From a virus, in the IMG/VR virus record IMGVR_UViG_3300032285_002244, positions 6,777 to 70,776 of that record: a stretch of 64,000 nt of DNA. The stretch is one strand, 5' to 3'. Under the pieces are notes generated by a model. It saw only the letters and a program-made list of their open reading frames with translations. It had not been told where the DNA came from and did no database searches. The position numbers were made by a program, and so were the translations under genes. Below are positions 9,625 to 19,212 of this stretch, piece by piece (position 1 is the first letter of the stretch; each line of letters opens with the position of its first letter).

Positions 9625-11417
9625 TATTCTCCAAATTTCCTTCTAAACAAAACGCCTCCAACAATTGTTGCTACCAAGATTTTCTTTGCTTTCTGCCTTG
9701 TGATAGGGGACATGTCATTACCGATATTTTGCAAATCGTTGAATGCAGCTCCAAGTGCTTGGATTGCTACATCTGCGCCAGGTATTGCGTCGAGTGCTGC
9801 TGGTAGAAATGTGCATTGTTCTATTGGGTGTTGATTCCCGTCCAAATCAACATGCACATCATTACCGTTATCGTCTTTTACCGTTTTACAAACATAAGTC
9901 ATCGCTACAGGCACGGCAATATCTGGAGCGTTAAAAGTTGTACCACCTGGTTGTCCAATAAAGGTTTCGGTTGTTGTAATCGCGCCTTCAGGAATTGGTA
10001 ATCCAGAACCTGGAGGAGGTGGAGGAGGAGTAAGGTTACCGTCTTCACCTACAACTTGAGGTTGTGATTTAGTTCCAAAGAATTCAATGCCGCCATTTTC
10101 AACACCAGCTTTATCTTCTTGAACATGTGGAACAAGAACTTCTTCTGGTGCTTCTTTTGGAATATCAGTTGGAAGTTGGTCTGGGTTGTTTGGTTCTAAC
10201 CCATCTACAACAGGCTCTGGCTCTGGAGCTGGTTCAGGAGCAATCTCTGGTTCTGGTGCTAGAGCTGGTGCAGGCTCAGGTTCTGCAATAGGTTCAGGTG
10301 CAGGTTCTGGAGCAGGTTCAATAACGGGTTCTGGTTCTGGCGCTGGTTCTGGCGCTGGTTCAACAACAGGTTCTGGAGCTGGTTCTGGAACTACGACAGG
10401 TTCAGGTGCAGGGTCTGGTATCACAATTGGTGTGTCAATAATAACTGGAGGTGTAGGAGGTTGTGGTGGTGGTGTTGGGTCTGGGTGTGTTACAGGACCG
10501 CACACGGGTGGACAAACTTGTGGTACTAATATTGGGTCTGGTATTACAACTGGTGGTGTAGGTGATGGAATTGGAGTTGGTTCTATTGTTGGTAGCGGTG
10601 TTGGTTCTGGCGTTGGTTCTACTGTTGGTGTCGGTGTCGGTGTTGGAGTTGGTTCGGGTGTTGGCTCTACTGTCGGTGTTGGAGTTGGAGTTGGTTCAGG
10701 AGTCGGTTCCACAGTGGGTGTTGGACTCGGAGTTGGCTCAACAGGTATCACTGTACCGCCTGCATCAGGAGCTAATGTTGGAGGAGTCTCTACTTGAACA
10801 ACACCGTACTGCTCTAGAGTAACAATTGAACCATCATTTAATCTAACGCCTGTTCTTGTTTGTCCTTCATAAGTAGGACCAGTAACTGAATAAGCGATAG
10901 CTACAGTTCCATCCGTGTTAATTGCGGCAGTAATAGTCACATTTGTTGGGTCAGTTACGTTGTAGTTTCCATAAGGACGAGCAGATAAGTCTACTTGAAA
11001 GCCACCATCACTTGAGTTGATAATTAAATGTTCATCTGGATGTCTACCAGGAATAATTAACCAATCCATTGAGTATAAAGAAATAGAAGGTGTTCTTGGG
11101 TAATCCCAATAAGTGCCATCAGCAGTTCCAAAAGTAATTACAGAGTTTGTAGTTGCAAAGACACTACTGTAAACAACACCATCAAATAAAACGGTAGTTG
11201 TAATTGGGATTTGATAACCAATGTCATCTCCACCACATGTTTCTAACGTGGTAACTGTTGGTGTTTCACCTGCAGGTGTAGGAGCAGCAGCCGCAGCTGT
11301 GGCTGCAGCTTGGGTTTGGTTTACGCAAGATGCGTATGCATTGTCTGTAAATAATGTAGGAAATAAAGCGCTGTATAGTAAAACGGATAGTGCTGCGGTT
11401 AATCGCAGTTTATTCAA
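9624..11417 (-). CDS. Secreted/membrane-anchored Pro-rich surface protein
   Basis: Signal peptide ending AYA, beta-rich N-domain, long PT/PEP repeat stalk, C-terminal hydrophobic helix plus RRK. Confidence 0.75.
   Translation of the reverse strand: MNKLRLTAALSVLLYSALFPTLFTDNAYASCVNQTQAAATAAAAAPTPAGETPTVTTLETCGGDDIGYQIPITTTVLFDGVVYSSVFATTNSVITFGTADGTYWDYPRTPSISLYSMDWLIIPGRHPDEHLIINSSDGGFQVDLSARPYGNYNVTDPTNVTITAAINTDGTVAIAYSVTGPTYEGQTRTGVRLNDGSIVTLEQYGVVQVETPPTLAPDAGGTVIPVEPTPSPTPTVEPTPEPTPTPTPTVEPTPEPTPTPTPTPTVEPTPEPTPLPTIEPTPIPSPTPPVVIPDPILVPQVCPPVCGPVTHPDPTPPPQPPTPPVIIDTPIVIPDPAPEPVVVPEPAPEPVVEPAPEPAPEPEPVIEPAPEPAPEPIAEPEPAPALAPEPEIAPEPAPEPEPVVDGLEPNNPDQLPTDIPKEAPEEVLVPHVQEDKAGVENGGIEFFGTKSQPQVVGEDGNLTPPPPPPGSGLPIPEGAITTTETFIGQPGGTTFNAPDIAVPVAMTYVCKTVKDDNGNDVHVDLDGNQHPIEQCTFLPAALDAIPGADVAIQALGAAFNDLQNIGNDMSPITRQKAKKILVATIVGGVLFRRKFGE
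10205..10745 (-). repeat. Coding PEPAPEP / [12 protein letters not shown] tandem repeats
   Basis: Degenerate tandem repeats visible in DNA and protein. Confidence 0.85.
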
Positions 11418-11457
11418 GTATTCCCCTCGGAATTCTTAATGCCCCTCAGAAATTAAA

Positions 11458-11673
11458 TTATAACGGCTTTCGTCTTTTATTTATAATAAACTTATCAGCA
11501 GTATTTTGAGAGTTGTAACTTTCTCCTTCAACACCTTTACCTGGTGAACGCCATGTAACTACAGACGGCTGTGCATCTGATTTGTAACCAAGAACAGGAT
11601 TAAAACCAAATTCTTGTTTTACACTTGTTCTGTTATTTATTTTTAAAGGTTTACGATTTAGTTGTTTACTCAT
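11458..11673 (-). CDS. Hypothetical protein
   Basis: Overlapping start/stop with neighbour. Confidence 0.55.
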   Translation of the reverse strand: MSKQLNRKPLKINNRTSVKQEFGFNPVLGYKSDAQPSVVTWRSPGKGVEGESYNSQNTADKFIINKRRKPL

Positions 11674-11987
11674 GACCCAAGACCTCCTACATAACCAGCA
11701 GCTGTTCCACCAAAGCTTGAACCGTCTGTAGCAGAAGCAGACTCTCCCATGTTTTCAGAAAGATTACCGTGTTGTTCTGCAGCTTCTTGTTCTGGTGTTT
11801 CCCCTTTTTCGTGTTGGGCAGTTTCGTCTTTACCGCCTGTTCCCATAGCACCGTACATATAAGGGTAGTTTGAATACCAGTAACCGTTGCCTACGTAACC
11901 GCTCTCGTGTTTACGTTTAAAGCGACGACGTTGTTGCGCCTCAATATCAAACGCTTCATCAAATTGTGCTGAGTTTAAATTACTCAC
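11670..11987 (-). CDS. Hypothetical protein, N-terminus MSNLNSAQF
   Basis: ORF coupled to neighbours. Confidence 0.6.
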   Translation of the reverse strand: MSNLNSAQFDEAFDIEAQQRRRFKRKHESGYVGNGYWYSNYPYMYGAMGTGGKDETAQHEKGETPEQEAAEQHGNLSENMGESASATDGSSFGGTAAGYVGGLGS

Positions 11988-12180
11988 CTGTTTGCCTCTG
12001 TCTTGGTCTCTTCATATCAAGTGGTTTTACGTTAGGCCCATATGAATAACGACCATAGGTTCCACTAGGTCCACCAAACATTCCATGACCTATTTGATAA
12101 AACGATTGTTCGTTAAATCTATTGTCAGGATGACTGTTACCAAAGTAGTACTGAACGGTTGTTAGTGGAGGATTAAGCAT
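11980..12180 (-). CDS. Hypothetical protein
   Basis: Coupled ORF. Confidence 0.5.
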   Translation of the reverse strand: MLNPPLTTVQYYFGNSHPDNRFNEQSFYQIGHGMFGGPSGTYGRYSYGPNVKPLDMKRPRQRQTGE

Positions 12181-12373
12181 CGTAAACTAATCCTTCTGGG
12201 TCATACATTGTCACAGCTTTTTCTTTTAACATAGGGATACTTTCACGCAGATGATGTCCGCAGAAAAGAAGTTCTCCATTTAAAAAAGTCGCTCTTGCCT
12301 TAGCTGCAGCTCCACAACGGTCACAACGGTCAGCTAACGTAATCGGAGTGTCAGATGCCATCAAGGTCATCAT
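12173..12373 (-). CDS. Actinobacterial-type small Zn-finger protein
   Basis: DRCDRCGAAA...LLFCGHH. Confidence 0.7.
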   Translation of the reverse strand: MMTLMASDTPITLADRCDRCGAAAKARATFLNGELLFCGHHLRESIPMLKEKAVTMYDPEGLVYDA

Positions 12374-12707
12374 GAGTCAAAGCCTGGTTTTGGAAGTGGT
12401 GTGTGAGCATTTGCTGAAAACTTATTCTGAGAACCAGAAACTTCTAATCCTCCTGGACCATCAAATTTACTTGTTTCAGGCATAGCTTGCTTACTTACTG
12501 TCATTGCCTGGGAACCAAACTCCGTTTGTGAAATCATGACTCTATTTTGCCCTCTTTCTTGGTTTGTGTACGGGCATAATACTTGCATTAACGCCTACGA
12601 CCAAACGTTCTTTTGTTCCTTTTGTGGAACCCAATTTGTAGTTGCCTCATTAGCAAGGTATTGTGAGGAAAAGCATAGGGTTACCTACGCGGAGCGAAAG
12701 GCACAGG

Positions 12708-13184
12708 ATGAAGACTTGCAATAGATGTGGCGTGGAAAAACCGTTAATAGAGTTTAATAAAAAACGTGAGAGTGGACCTCAGCCTTACTGCAAACCTTGT
12801 CAAAGTGATTACCAAAAAGATTTCTACGAAGGTAATCGTATAACTAACTTAGAAGGTATTTACAAAAGCCGTAAAAAACGTAAGGTAGATGTTAGACGAT
12901 TTTTAGCCGAATTCTATGAAACTCACCCATGTGTAGATTGTGGGGAAACTGACATTCTGGTGTTAGAGTTTGACCATGTTACTGGTAAAGAATTTGGAAT
13001 TAATCAAGCAATTAGAGATGTTATTCCTATACATCGTATTATAGAAGAACTTAAAAGGGGAGAAGTAAGGTGTGCTAATTGCCACCGCAGATTAACAGCA
13101 GAAAATGGCAACAGTTGGAGATGGCGTTATAAGAATGGCATCGACTTAGGAGAAGAGCGGGAGTACGAAGATGGAACTAATTAA
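12708..13184 (+). CDS. HNH-type endonuclease
   Basis: Start MKTCNRCGVEK at 12708; HPCVDCGETDILVLEFDHV...VRCANCHR. Confidence 0.8.
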   Translation: MKTCNRCGVEKPLIEFNKKRESGPQPYCKPCQSDYQKDFYEGNRITNLEGIYKSRKKRKVDVRRFLAEFYETHPCVDCGETDILVLEFDHVTGKEFGINQAIRDVIPIHRIIEELKRGEVRCANCHRRLTAENGNSWRWRYKNGIDLGEEREYEDGTN

Positions 13185-13701
13185 ACTAAATGAGGAACAA
13201 ATGATTCGAGCTTTTACCGCTGGAATTAAACGTCAGTCTAGACACCGTGACCCAATTACTGGAGAACGTGGTTCTACACACAGATTCGTACCGCATGACC
13301 CTGCCTTTATTGGAGATATCTACGGATGCCTTATTGAGATGGCAGTATCCATTTATTTTGGCACTACTTGGAACAGCGAAGATTGGGATTTGAAAGAACA
13401 CAGCCAACATAAAGCTACTTCAGATGTAGAACCTCATTTTGAAGTAAGACGTGCTAGAAGCATTAAGGGTGAACTAACAATTCGCAATACAGATGCTGAC
13501 CACAAAGTAGCAGTATTGGGTACGCTAGGAACTGAAATTGTAAGCGGTAAAGAGTTCCCAAGAGAAAATTTAGTTATTCTTCTAGGAGCTATAACTGTTG
13601 CAGAAGCTCGTCAAAAGTTTACGCCAAGTGAAAATGGCAATTTGTATGTTCCAGTATCCGCTCTTTATCCAGTAAAGGATTTTGTTTTAACAAATGCCTA
13701 A
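13171..13701 (+). CDS. Hypothetical protein (possible nuclease-like fold)
   Basis: 176-aa ORF with GxxxE, SDV and FEVR motifs. Confidence 0.55.
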   Translation: MELIKLNEEQMIRAFTAGIKRQSRHRDPITGERGSTHRFVPHDPAFIGDIYGCLIEMAVSIYFGTTWNSEDWDLKEHSQHKATSDVEPHFEVRRARSIKGELTIRNTDADHKVAVLGTLGTEIVSGKEFPRENLVILLGAITVAEARQKFTPSENGNLYVPVSALYPVKDFVLTNA

Positions 13702-13870
13702 TTACGAATACGCTTGTATCCAGTGCGACATTGATTACGAAAAAGAGCGTAGCATCCATGAAGCAGAACCTGAATATTTCTGCGACAAGTGTGGCTACGC
13801 TCTTCAACGAGTGTTCTCACCCTTTGGCCTTCAATTTAAAGGCTCAGGGTTTTATTCAACTGGTAATTAG
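13694..13870 (+). CDS. FmdB-family zinc-ribbon protein
   Basis: MPNYEYACIQC...CDKCGYALQRVFSPFGLQFKGSGFYSTGN (below ORF-track cutoff). Confidence 0.85.
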   Translation: MPNYEYACIQCDIDYEKERSIHEAEPEYFCDKCGYALQRVFSPFGLQFKGSGFYSTGN

Positions 13871-14208
13871 TTGTAGTCTGGGTCGTCTGTTTTAGCTGGA
13901 GCTGTCTTTGCAGCTGCATCTGCTGCTTGACGCTCTTCAACTTTTACATCTGCGACTGTCTTTGCACCCTTATCAACTGTAGCAAATGCTGCGTTGATTT
14001 CATCAAGGGTAAGCTTTCCATCGTCCATAAACGCACGGGCTAGCTTTTCAATTACGGCTGCTACTGCTGTAAGTCCAGCAACAAGCATTGCTTTAGCGAC
14101 TGAGATACCAGCAACTGCACCAGCACCAATTACGCCAAGACCGCTTGCTGCAAACACTGCAACAATACGCATTAATACGTTATTTAAACTCTTCATTAGA
14201 TTCCTCAT
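13867..14208 (-). CDS. Holin-like membrane protein
   Basis: Two hydrophobic helices then DDGKLTLDEINAAF. Confidence 0.55.
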   Translation of the reverse strand: MRNLMKSLNNVLMRIVAVFAASGLGVIGAGAVAGISVAKAMLVAGLTAVAAVIEKLARAFMDDGKLTLDEINAAFATVDKGAKTVADVKVEERQAADAAAKTAPAKTDDPDYN

Positions 14209-14237
14209 TGATGTCCTTTGCGGTCTTATGCACGATG

Positions 14238-14699
14238 TCAGTTAACTTTTTTTGCGTCTATTCCCTCACTACGGAACATTCTAACATTCTTCTTCTTATC
14301 ATCATAGGCTTTCTTGATATCAAAGTTAGGTAAAACCTCATTTTTTAAAAGGTCTTTCTTAACGACCTTATCTTTACGGTCGTCATCTATTGGGCGCATA
14401 AATAGGCTGTCGTAGGGTATTCCGTGTTCATGTAACCAAGTCTTGGTGTCTTTGCGGTAATGAGCAGAACGGGCAGTAAGGATTACTACATCTCGTCCTT
14501 TTGATTTTGCTTTACGAACTTTTTCCACCATTTTTGGGACAGCGTCAGCGCCAGCAGCATGACTACGAAAGCCTTCATGATTCTTTTTATGATTTGCATT
14601 TGGGTCATTTGTATCCGCCAAGGTTCCATCTAAATCAAAAAGTACAGCTTTGTTACTTCTTTTGTTTTTGCCAGTCTCAAAGGTGTTGTTCTTACTCAT
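14238..14699 (-). CDS. HAD phosphatase (polynucleotide kinase 3'-phosphatase type)
   Basis: FDLDGTLAD, LTAR, LFMRP..D.RKD..VK, YDD motifs. Confidence 0.85.
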   Translation of the reverse strand: MSKNNTFETGKNKRSNKAVLFDLDGTLADTNDPNANHKKNHEGFRSHAAGADAVPKMVEKVRKAKSKGRDVVILTARSAHYRKDTKTWLHEHGIPYDSLFMRPIDDDRKDKVVKKDLLKNEVLPNFDIKKAYDDKKKNVRMFRSEGIDAKKVN

Positions 14700-15019
14700 T
14701 CCTCAATTATGACGTTATTTTCAGGATTCGTCTCTAGAACCGATGGGTCAACTCCACGGACTATAAGAGTTGTTAACGGAGTGTTAGATTGGACAACAGC
14801 ATTAAGACGGTGCTGACCGTTAAGAAGACGACCATTGGAATCAAATATGAGTGCTTTTCCGTTGAGTTTCCATTTGCCATCTTGCATCTCCTTTATGTAC
14901 TCGTCTACTTTCTTTTGCTTTACCTTACGGTGCATAGCATTGTTCTTAAGATATGCCTCTGCTTCTGAGGGATTAACTACCTCAATTGATACTTCTAAAC
15001 CAAACTCATTTGGATTCAT
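14696..15019 (-). CDS. ParB/Srx-like N-terminal domain protein
   Basis: GRLLNGQHRLNAVV. Confidence 0.7.
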   Translation of the reverse strand: MNPNEFGLEVSIEVVNPSEAEAYLKNNAMHRKVKQKKVDEYIKEMQDGKWKLNGKALIFDSNGRLLNGQHRLNAVVQSNTPLTTLIVRGVDPSVLETNPENNVIIEE

Positions 15020-15278
15020 TTACTTTTTCCATTCGTTTTAAATACTCGTCTTTTTTGCTCATTAAGAACTCTTCAATATCTTTTTGGCGGTCTTTCATAG
15101 ACTGCTGTAATTGCGCCCAATGTTCAGTCTTCTCAAGTTCTTCTTGATGTTCTTCTATCTCAGCAACGGCTATATCAAGCATCTGTTGCATAAGAGCAGC
15201 TTTCATCTGTGCTTCATTCCAAAGCGTCTCTGCGTGCTCAGTAATTCGTTCTTGTTTCTTATCCTGTGTCTTACTCAT
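15006..15278 (-). CDS. Coiled-coil hypothetical protein
   Basis: ORF; TAAGGT 6 nt before ATG suggests leaderless start. Confidence 0.6.
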   Translation of the reverse strand: MSKTQDKKQERITEHAETLWNEAQMKAALMQQMLDIAVAEIEEHQEELEKTEHWAQLQQSMKDRQKDIEEFLMSKKDEYLKRMEKVNESK

Positions 15279-15294
15279 GCCCCCACCTTATCAG

Positions 15295-15843
15295 TTACTT
15301 ATATTGCTCCATAATCAGGATTGGCCCTGAACTATTAACATCTACTTTACATGCATGTTCTACAGCTTCTTCTGGGGTAGCTCCTGCAAGTAACGCCCCC
15401 ATAGCGTAGGGAGAACCAGAGCCTACCCCATAAATTCCAAGTTCAGAACGACAAACTGACAAATCGTCAGCAACGTCAAAGAGTTCGCCACCTACTGCAA
15501 TAAGGAAATTAAATCTAGTGTCATCTGCTTTTCCATCGCCCTTACCTTCGTTAAAGTCATAACCATTATCAGTTAAACATTTACGCAGAGAAGCCATAAC
15601 TTTAACAATCATAAACTTATAAAGGTCTGCTCTATCTTTTGCAGTTAACTTTGGTGGTTGCCAAATCTGTTGCACAACATCACATGGTTGTACTTCGCCA
15701 CTTCCTGCAATTAAAAACTCACCACGTTCTGCAATCTTTTTCATGTCGGGATGGTTGTAACGGCGTCCGCTATCACCAGTTACCTGATTGTCAGCAGCTA
15801 TTACACACTTATCCTCGTATTGAACCCCAACGATTGTAGTCAT
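15295..15843 (-). CDS. Proteasome beta/HslV-like Ntn protease
   Basis: N-terminal MTTIVG, AAD..VT, MKKI, GVGSGSPYAMGAL. Confidence 0.85.
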   Translation of the reverse strand: MTTIVGVQYEDKCVIAADNQVTGDSGRRYNHPDMKKIAERGEFLIAGSGEVQPCDVVQQIWQPPKLTAKDRADLYKFMIVKVMASLRKCLTDNGYDFNEGKGDGKADDTRFNFLIAVGGELFDVADDLSVCRSELGIYGVGSGSPYAMGALLAGATPEEAVEHACKVDVNSSGPILIMEQYK

Positions 15844-15918
15844 GTCTCTCCTTCCAAAGAAGAACCCCCCTAGAATACCAGATGGTTTCCTAGAGGGGTT
15901 GGGGTCAAGGCGTCCTTA

Positions 15919-16665
15919 TTATAGGAGTTTGACCAGCTCCGCCCAAGTCTTAGGCCCAATGATTCCATTGGAGTCTACGATATCGTGGTTATCTTGGAAA
16001 GCAATTACTGCCTTCTTTGTAGCTGGACCATAGTCCCCATCTTCAACTAGGGTTAAAGCGTGCTGTACGAGCTTTACAGCCTCTCCCTGGTCTCCTGGTG
16101 TAATTCGACCTGGGAACTCTGGTGTGGAGCTTACAGGGACGTCTGACTCGACTTCATTGCCTTTGTAATTAGGGCGTCCAAAGCCTTCGATGAATACTGG
16201 AATACCCTTTGGGTTCTTCTTGTACGCACGAATCTTCTTAACGCATTCTCCACCATTGGCTTGTGAACCTGACTTTTTCTTATCTCCTGCAGTATTACCT
16301 TCTACAGTAGTTACTGTACCATCGCCATTATCTTTGATAACAATACCAACGTGCTCAATTGGAGCGCCACCTGCCATAAAGTCAAAGTAAACAATGTCTC
16401 CTGGTTCTGGCTTTGCCTTAGCAGCATCTGTCCATGTGCCCATCTTCTTAAATGAAGCAGCACCTGCCATAGTTGCAACGGTGTTAGGAATCTTAACTCC
16501 TGCTTCATTTGCTACCCACATGCAGAAAGAACCGCACCATGGAAGGAAATTAGCCTTAGTAAATTTACCGTACTTGGTTTCGTTGTCCTTTGGACCCTCT
16601 ACATAACCAACTTCTGCGAGAGCAACTTCTACCATCTTTGCTGCTGTACCTTTTGCTGCTGCCAT
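15919..16665 (-). CDS. Endolysin: CHAP domain plus peptidoglycan-binding domain
   Basis: PWCGSF, PGDIVYF, HVGIV, TVEGNT; C-terminal DGDYGPATKKAVIAFQ...GIIGPKTW. Confidence 0.9.
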   Translation of the reverse strand: MAAAKGTAAKMVEVALAEVGYVEGPKDNETKYGKFTKANFLPWCGSFCMWVANEAGVKIPNTVATMAGAASFKKMGTWTDAAKAKPEPGDIVYFDFMAGGAPIEHVGIVIKDNGDGTVTTVEGNTAGDKKKSGSQANGGECVKKIRAYKKNPKGIPVFIEGFGRPNYKGNEVESDVPVSSTPEFPGRITPGDQGEAVKLVQHALTLVEDGDYGPATKKAVIAFQDNHDIVDSNGIIGPKTWAELVKLL

Positions 16666-16853
16666 TACTTAACCTTCTTTTCTGGTCTCTTTGCAATACG
16701 AACTGTGGCGTTACGTTGTGCATCTTCTTTTTCTAACTTGTCTTTGTTAAAAGCACGTGTTTCTCTAGCAATCTTGTTTTTCTTGTCTCTACGGGCTTCA
16801 GGATTTCCAAGCAGTCTTGGTTTTTGCGGTCCTATTTTACTGCTTTTAGCCAT
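16665..16853 (-). CDS. Small basic protein
   Basis: Coupled ORF (TAATG junctions). Confidence 0.55.
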   Translation of the reverse strand: MAKSSKIGPQKPRLLGNPEARRDKKNKIARETRAFNKDKLEKEDAQRNATVRIAKRPEKKVK

Positions 16854-17164
16854 TATTTTTTCTTCTTTCTATGTTGGTTACCTTTACCAATATTTTTTGA
16901 AGCATCCATAACTTGTAAGTTCTTAGAGCTTTCATTCTTTTTGTTATTGTCTTTATGGTCAACGTGTTTGCTTTTTGGCAACTTATGACCTAATTCTTTT
17001 TCTTTCTTATTACGAGCTGCGTTTTGGCTGCCCATCTTTCCTGTTTCAGAGTTATAGACAACTACAGTCTTACGTCCACCATTTTGTTTAGACCCCTTGT
17101 AAGGGCCATAAACTTTGGTACCAGAGACTTTCTCATTTTTCTTAGTCATTAGTGTTGTTGCCAA
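16853..17164 (-). CDS. Small HNH-motif protein
   Basis: HVDHKDNNKKNESSKNLQV; start probably about 17149. Confidence 0.6.
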   Translation of the reverse strand: MATTLMTKKNEKVSGTKVYGPYKGSKQNGGRKTVVVYNSETGKMGSQNAARNKKEKELGHKLPKSKHVDHKDNNKKNESSKNLQVMDASKNIGKGNQHRKKKK

Positions 17165-17745
17165 TCTATAGCCATGAACTGCTTAGGGTTAATGTTTCTC
17201 ATTGCTGCCAAACGGTGGTGTCCTTCGTACACGTTCATACTACGAAGAGTTACTGGACGATTATTGGTTCCAAGTTTATAAAGAGCTGCTGTACTTTCAA
17301 GAAGTGGAAATGAACCTTTAAATCCTTCTTTTGAAATGTTCTCGTGTAAAGAGGGTAGAGATGAACTGCGTACTTCTTCTCCGTTATGTATTGCCCAACC
17401 AGATTGGTGTTCTTTACGAGTATGACTGTTTCTAAGTGTTCCAGTCTTACTTTCTTTTAACTTTCTTGCCATAACGTACTTTTCTTTGTTTACTTGGCTC
17501 TGTGGTTTCTCATCGCCTATGTAATTTTGATTGTACATTCCAGCATCAGCTAAATTTGCGTGTTTAACTACCTCACCTGCAGTCATAAACATAGGACGAT
17601 TGCCCTCTACTAACTCTTGTTTAAGACCCTTTTTCTTTGCAGGCTTTTCTTTTGCAACCTCTGTTTCAGGTTTAGCGGGTTTTTGTCTTAATTTCTTAAC
17701 ACTAGCGCTACTAAAGCCAGGAAGTGAGGGTTGAATAGCTCCCAT
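17149..17745 (-). CDS. ParB/Srx-fold protein, MFMT family (paralog 1)
   Basis: PMFMTAGEV...KLKESK...SLHENISKEG...YEGHHRLAAM. Confidence 0.7.
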   Translation of the reverse strand: MGAIQPSLPGFSSASVKKLRQKPAKPETEVAKEKPAKKKGLKQELVEGNRPMFMTAGEVVKHANLADAGMYNQNYIGDEKPQSQVNKEKYVMARKLKESKTGTLRNSHTRKEHQSGWAIHNGEEVRSSSLPSLHENISKEGFKGSFPLLESTAALYKLGTNNRPVTLRSMNVYEGHHRLAAMRNINPKQFMAIDWQQH

Positions 17746-17828
17746 TACGCCTCACAGATGCATTTGCAGGTGTCAACATTGCAAATACCATGGTCTAGCT
17801 CATGGTCGCAGAGTTTACACTTAGTCAT
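17745..17828 (-). CDS. 27-aa Cys-rich microprotein
   Basis: MTKCKLCDHELDHGICNVDTCKCICEA; CACAAT 6 nt upstream; stop overlaps next ATG. Confidence 0.45.
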   Translation of the reverse strand: MTKCKLCDHELDHGICNVDTCKCICEA

Positions 17829-17865
17829 TCGCATATTGTGACAGTTATGCGGTTAAATTACGACC

Positions 17866-18084
17866 CTAACTATTCCAAAGTCTCTCTTCTTCGGCGAGAA
17901 GTTTTTCAATATCAACTTGTTTGTTCTTTGTGAGGTCGTTTTTCATACCCTTGAAGGGCAACTCATCTTGCTTCCAATACTTTGAGCCATATCTCTCAGG
18001 ATTTTTATGAGACATCTCGTCATTGGACGTCTTAGCTTTCTTGTTACGTGCTGGCGCTTCACCCGAATTTTTTAATTTGTACAC
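17866..18084 (-). CDS. Small hypothetical protein ending EERLWNS
   Basis: ORF with GGGG RBS. Confidence 0.55.
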   Translation of the reverse strand: MYKLKNSGEAPARNKKAKTSNDEMSHKNPERYGSKYWKQDELPFKGMKNDLTKNKQVDIEKLLAEEERLWNS

Positions 18085-18299
18085 GCAAAACCCCTATTTT
18101 TCTTCTAGTTCCCAGAAATAGTCACCAACTACGTGGTCATCGCAAGCGAATGTCTCATCTAGCACGATGCAATAGTAGAGGGCCTGCTTGTCGCAGGAGC
18201 TGCACTTCACCATTTTCTTTCCTCTCAGTAACGGCTCACTTCATCAGAAGGCTACTGCCTGGAGGGGGAAATGCAAAATCTTATCTGCTAGGGGAGGTA

Positions 18300-18689
18300 T
18301 TACTTAAAAGGTCGAGGTTTGTTTGTAATTGGGTCACGATGCTTGCGAGCACCTAGGTCAGGGTTTAGCACAGAGGCTACTTGGCCCTTTACTACAAAGC
18401 CCTTCTTAGATACAACGGTATTCTTATCACCTAGCAATTCAGGATTATCTGATTGCACCGCATCTGCAGGAAGTGGTTCTACTTCATAGATGTTACCGTG
18501 ATGAGGGTGTTGTCCTGTTGAGCTAAAACCTAATCCGCTGGAGATTCTATCTGTGGTGTGCTTCTGAGCATAGTCGAAGCTCTTAGTTGCCCAGACATTC
18601 TTACCCTCTTCAAGTGGCTTAATTACCGCCCCTGGCTTTAGGGTTTCAATAGTCCCGTGGAATAATTGATGCGATAGTGGAGAGCTCAT
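18300..18689 (-). CDS. Arr-like ADP-ribosyltransferase-fold protein
   Basis: LFHGT...LKPG...VWAT...A......IYEVEP pattern of Arr/H-Y-class ARTs. Confidence 0.65.
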   Translation of the reverse strand: MSSPLSHQLFHGTIETLKPGAVIKPLEEGKNVWATKSFDYAQKHTTDRISSGLGFSSTGQHPHHGNIYEVEPLPADAVQSDNPELLGDKNTVVSKKGFVVKGQVASVLNPDLGARKHRDPITNKPRPFK

Positions 18690-18841
18690 GCTTTGCTACC
18701 ACTTGCTGTTGTGTTGAAGTCAGCTATCCCTGTCTTTTCGACATCGGAACGTTCTTTAGCCATCTGCTCTGTGAACTGAGTGCTAGATGCGTATGGGCTT
18801 ATACCGTATAGAGTCCAACCGAATTGGTCTTGTTTGCTCAT
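18686..18841 (-). CDS. Small hypothetical protein
   Basis: MSKQDQFGWTLYG...; overlaps both neighbours (TAATG, ATGA). Confidence 0.55.
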   Translation of the reverse strand: MSKQDQFGWTLYGISPYASSTQFTEQMAKERSDVEKTGIADFNTTASGSKA

Positions 18842-19212
18842 TAGTAATCACTGTGTTCTACTGGGATTAGCATTTTTGGGTCAATGTCGTAAGCTGCTGC
18901 CACTCTATGGTGACCCTCTGATAGAGAGTAACCTTTTTTACTAAATTTTGTATTTTTGGTATTACGTTGTAACTCTACAGGTTTCTGTACGCCCTTTTCT
19001 TTTACTGATTCATAAAGAGAATTGCCTTTGCGCTTGCGAGTAGGAACGTATCTAGCGTTACGTACTGCTCCAGTTTTTGACTCATAAAGTTTTTGATGCC
19101 ATAGGCCTTCCATATCATGCCCACCTGGGTCAGCAGAAGAGTTAACTTTGCTCTTTATCTCTTCAGCGGTCATGAACATAGCTAATTGCTCATGTGATAG
19201 TGGATTACTCAT
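18841..19212 (-). CDS. ParB/Srx-fold protein, MFMT family (paralog 2)
   Basis: QLAMFMTAEEI...LWHQKLYESK...SLYESVKEKGVQKPV...LSEGHHRVAAA. Confidence 0.75.
   Translation of the reverse strand: MSNPLSHEQLAMFMTAEEIKSKVNSSADPGGHDMEGLWHQKLYESKTGAVRNARYVPTRKRKGNSLYESVKEKGVQKPVELQRNTKNTKFSKKGYSLSEGHHRVAAAYDIDPKMLIPVEHSDY

Noticed and set aside
10186-10797. 203-aa Gly/Ser-rich plus-strand ORF
   Set aside because: Antisense shadow of the Pro-rich repeats in 9624..11417
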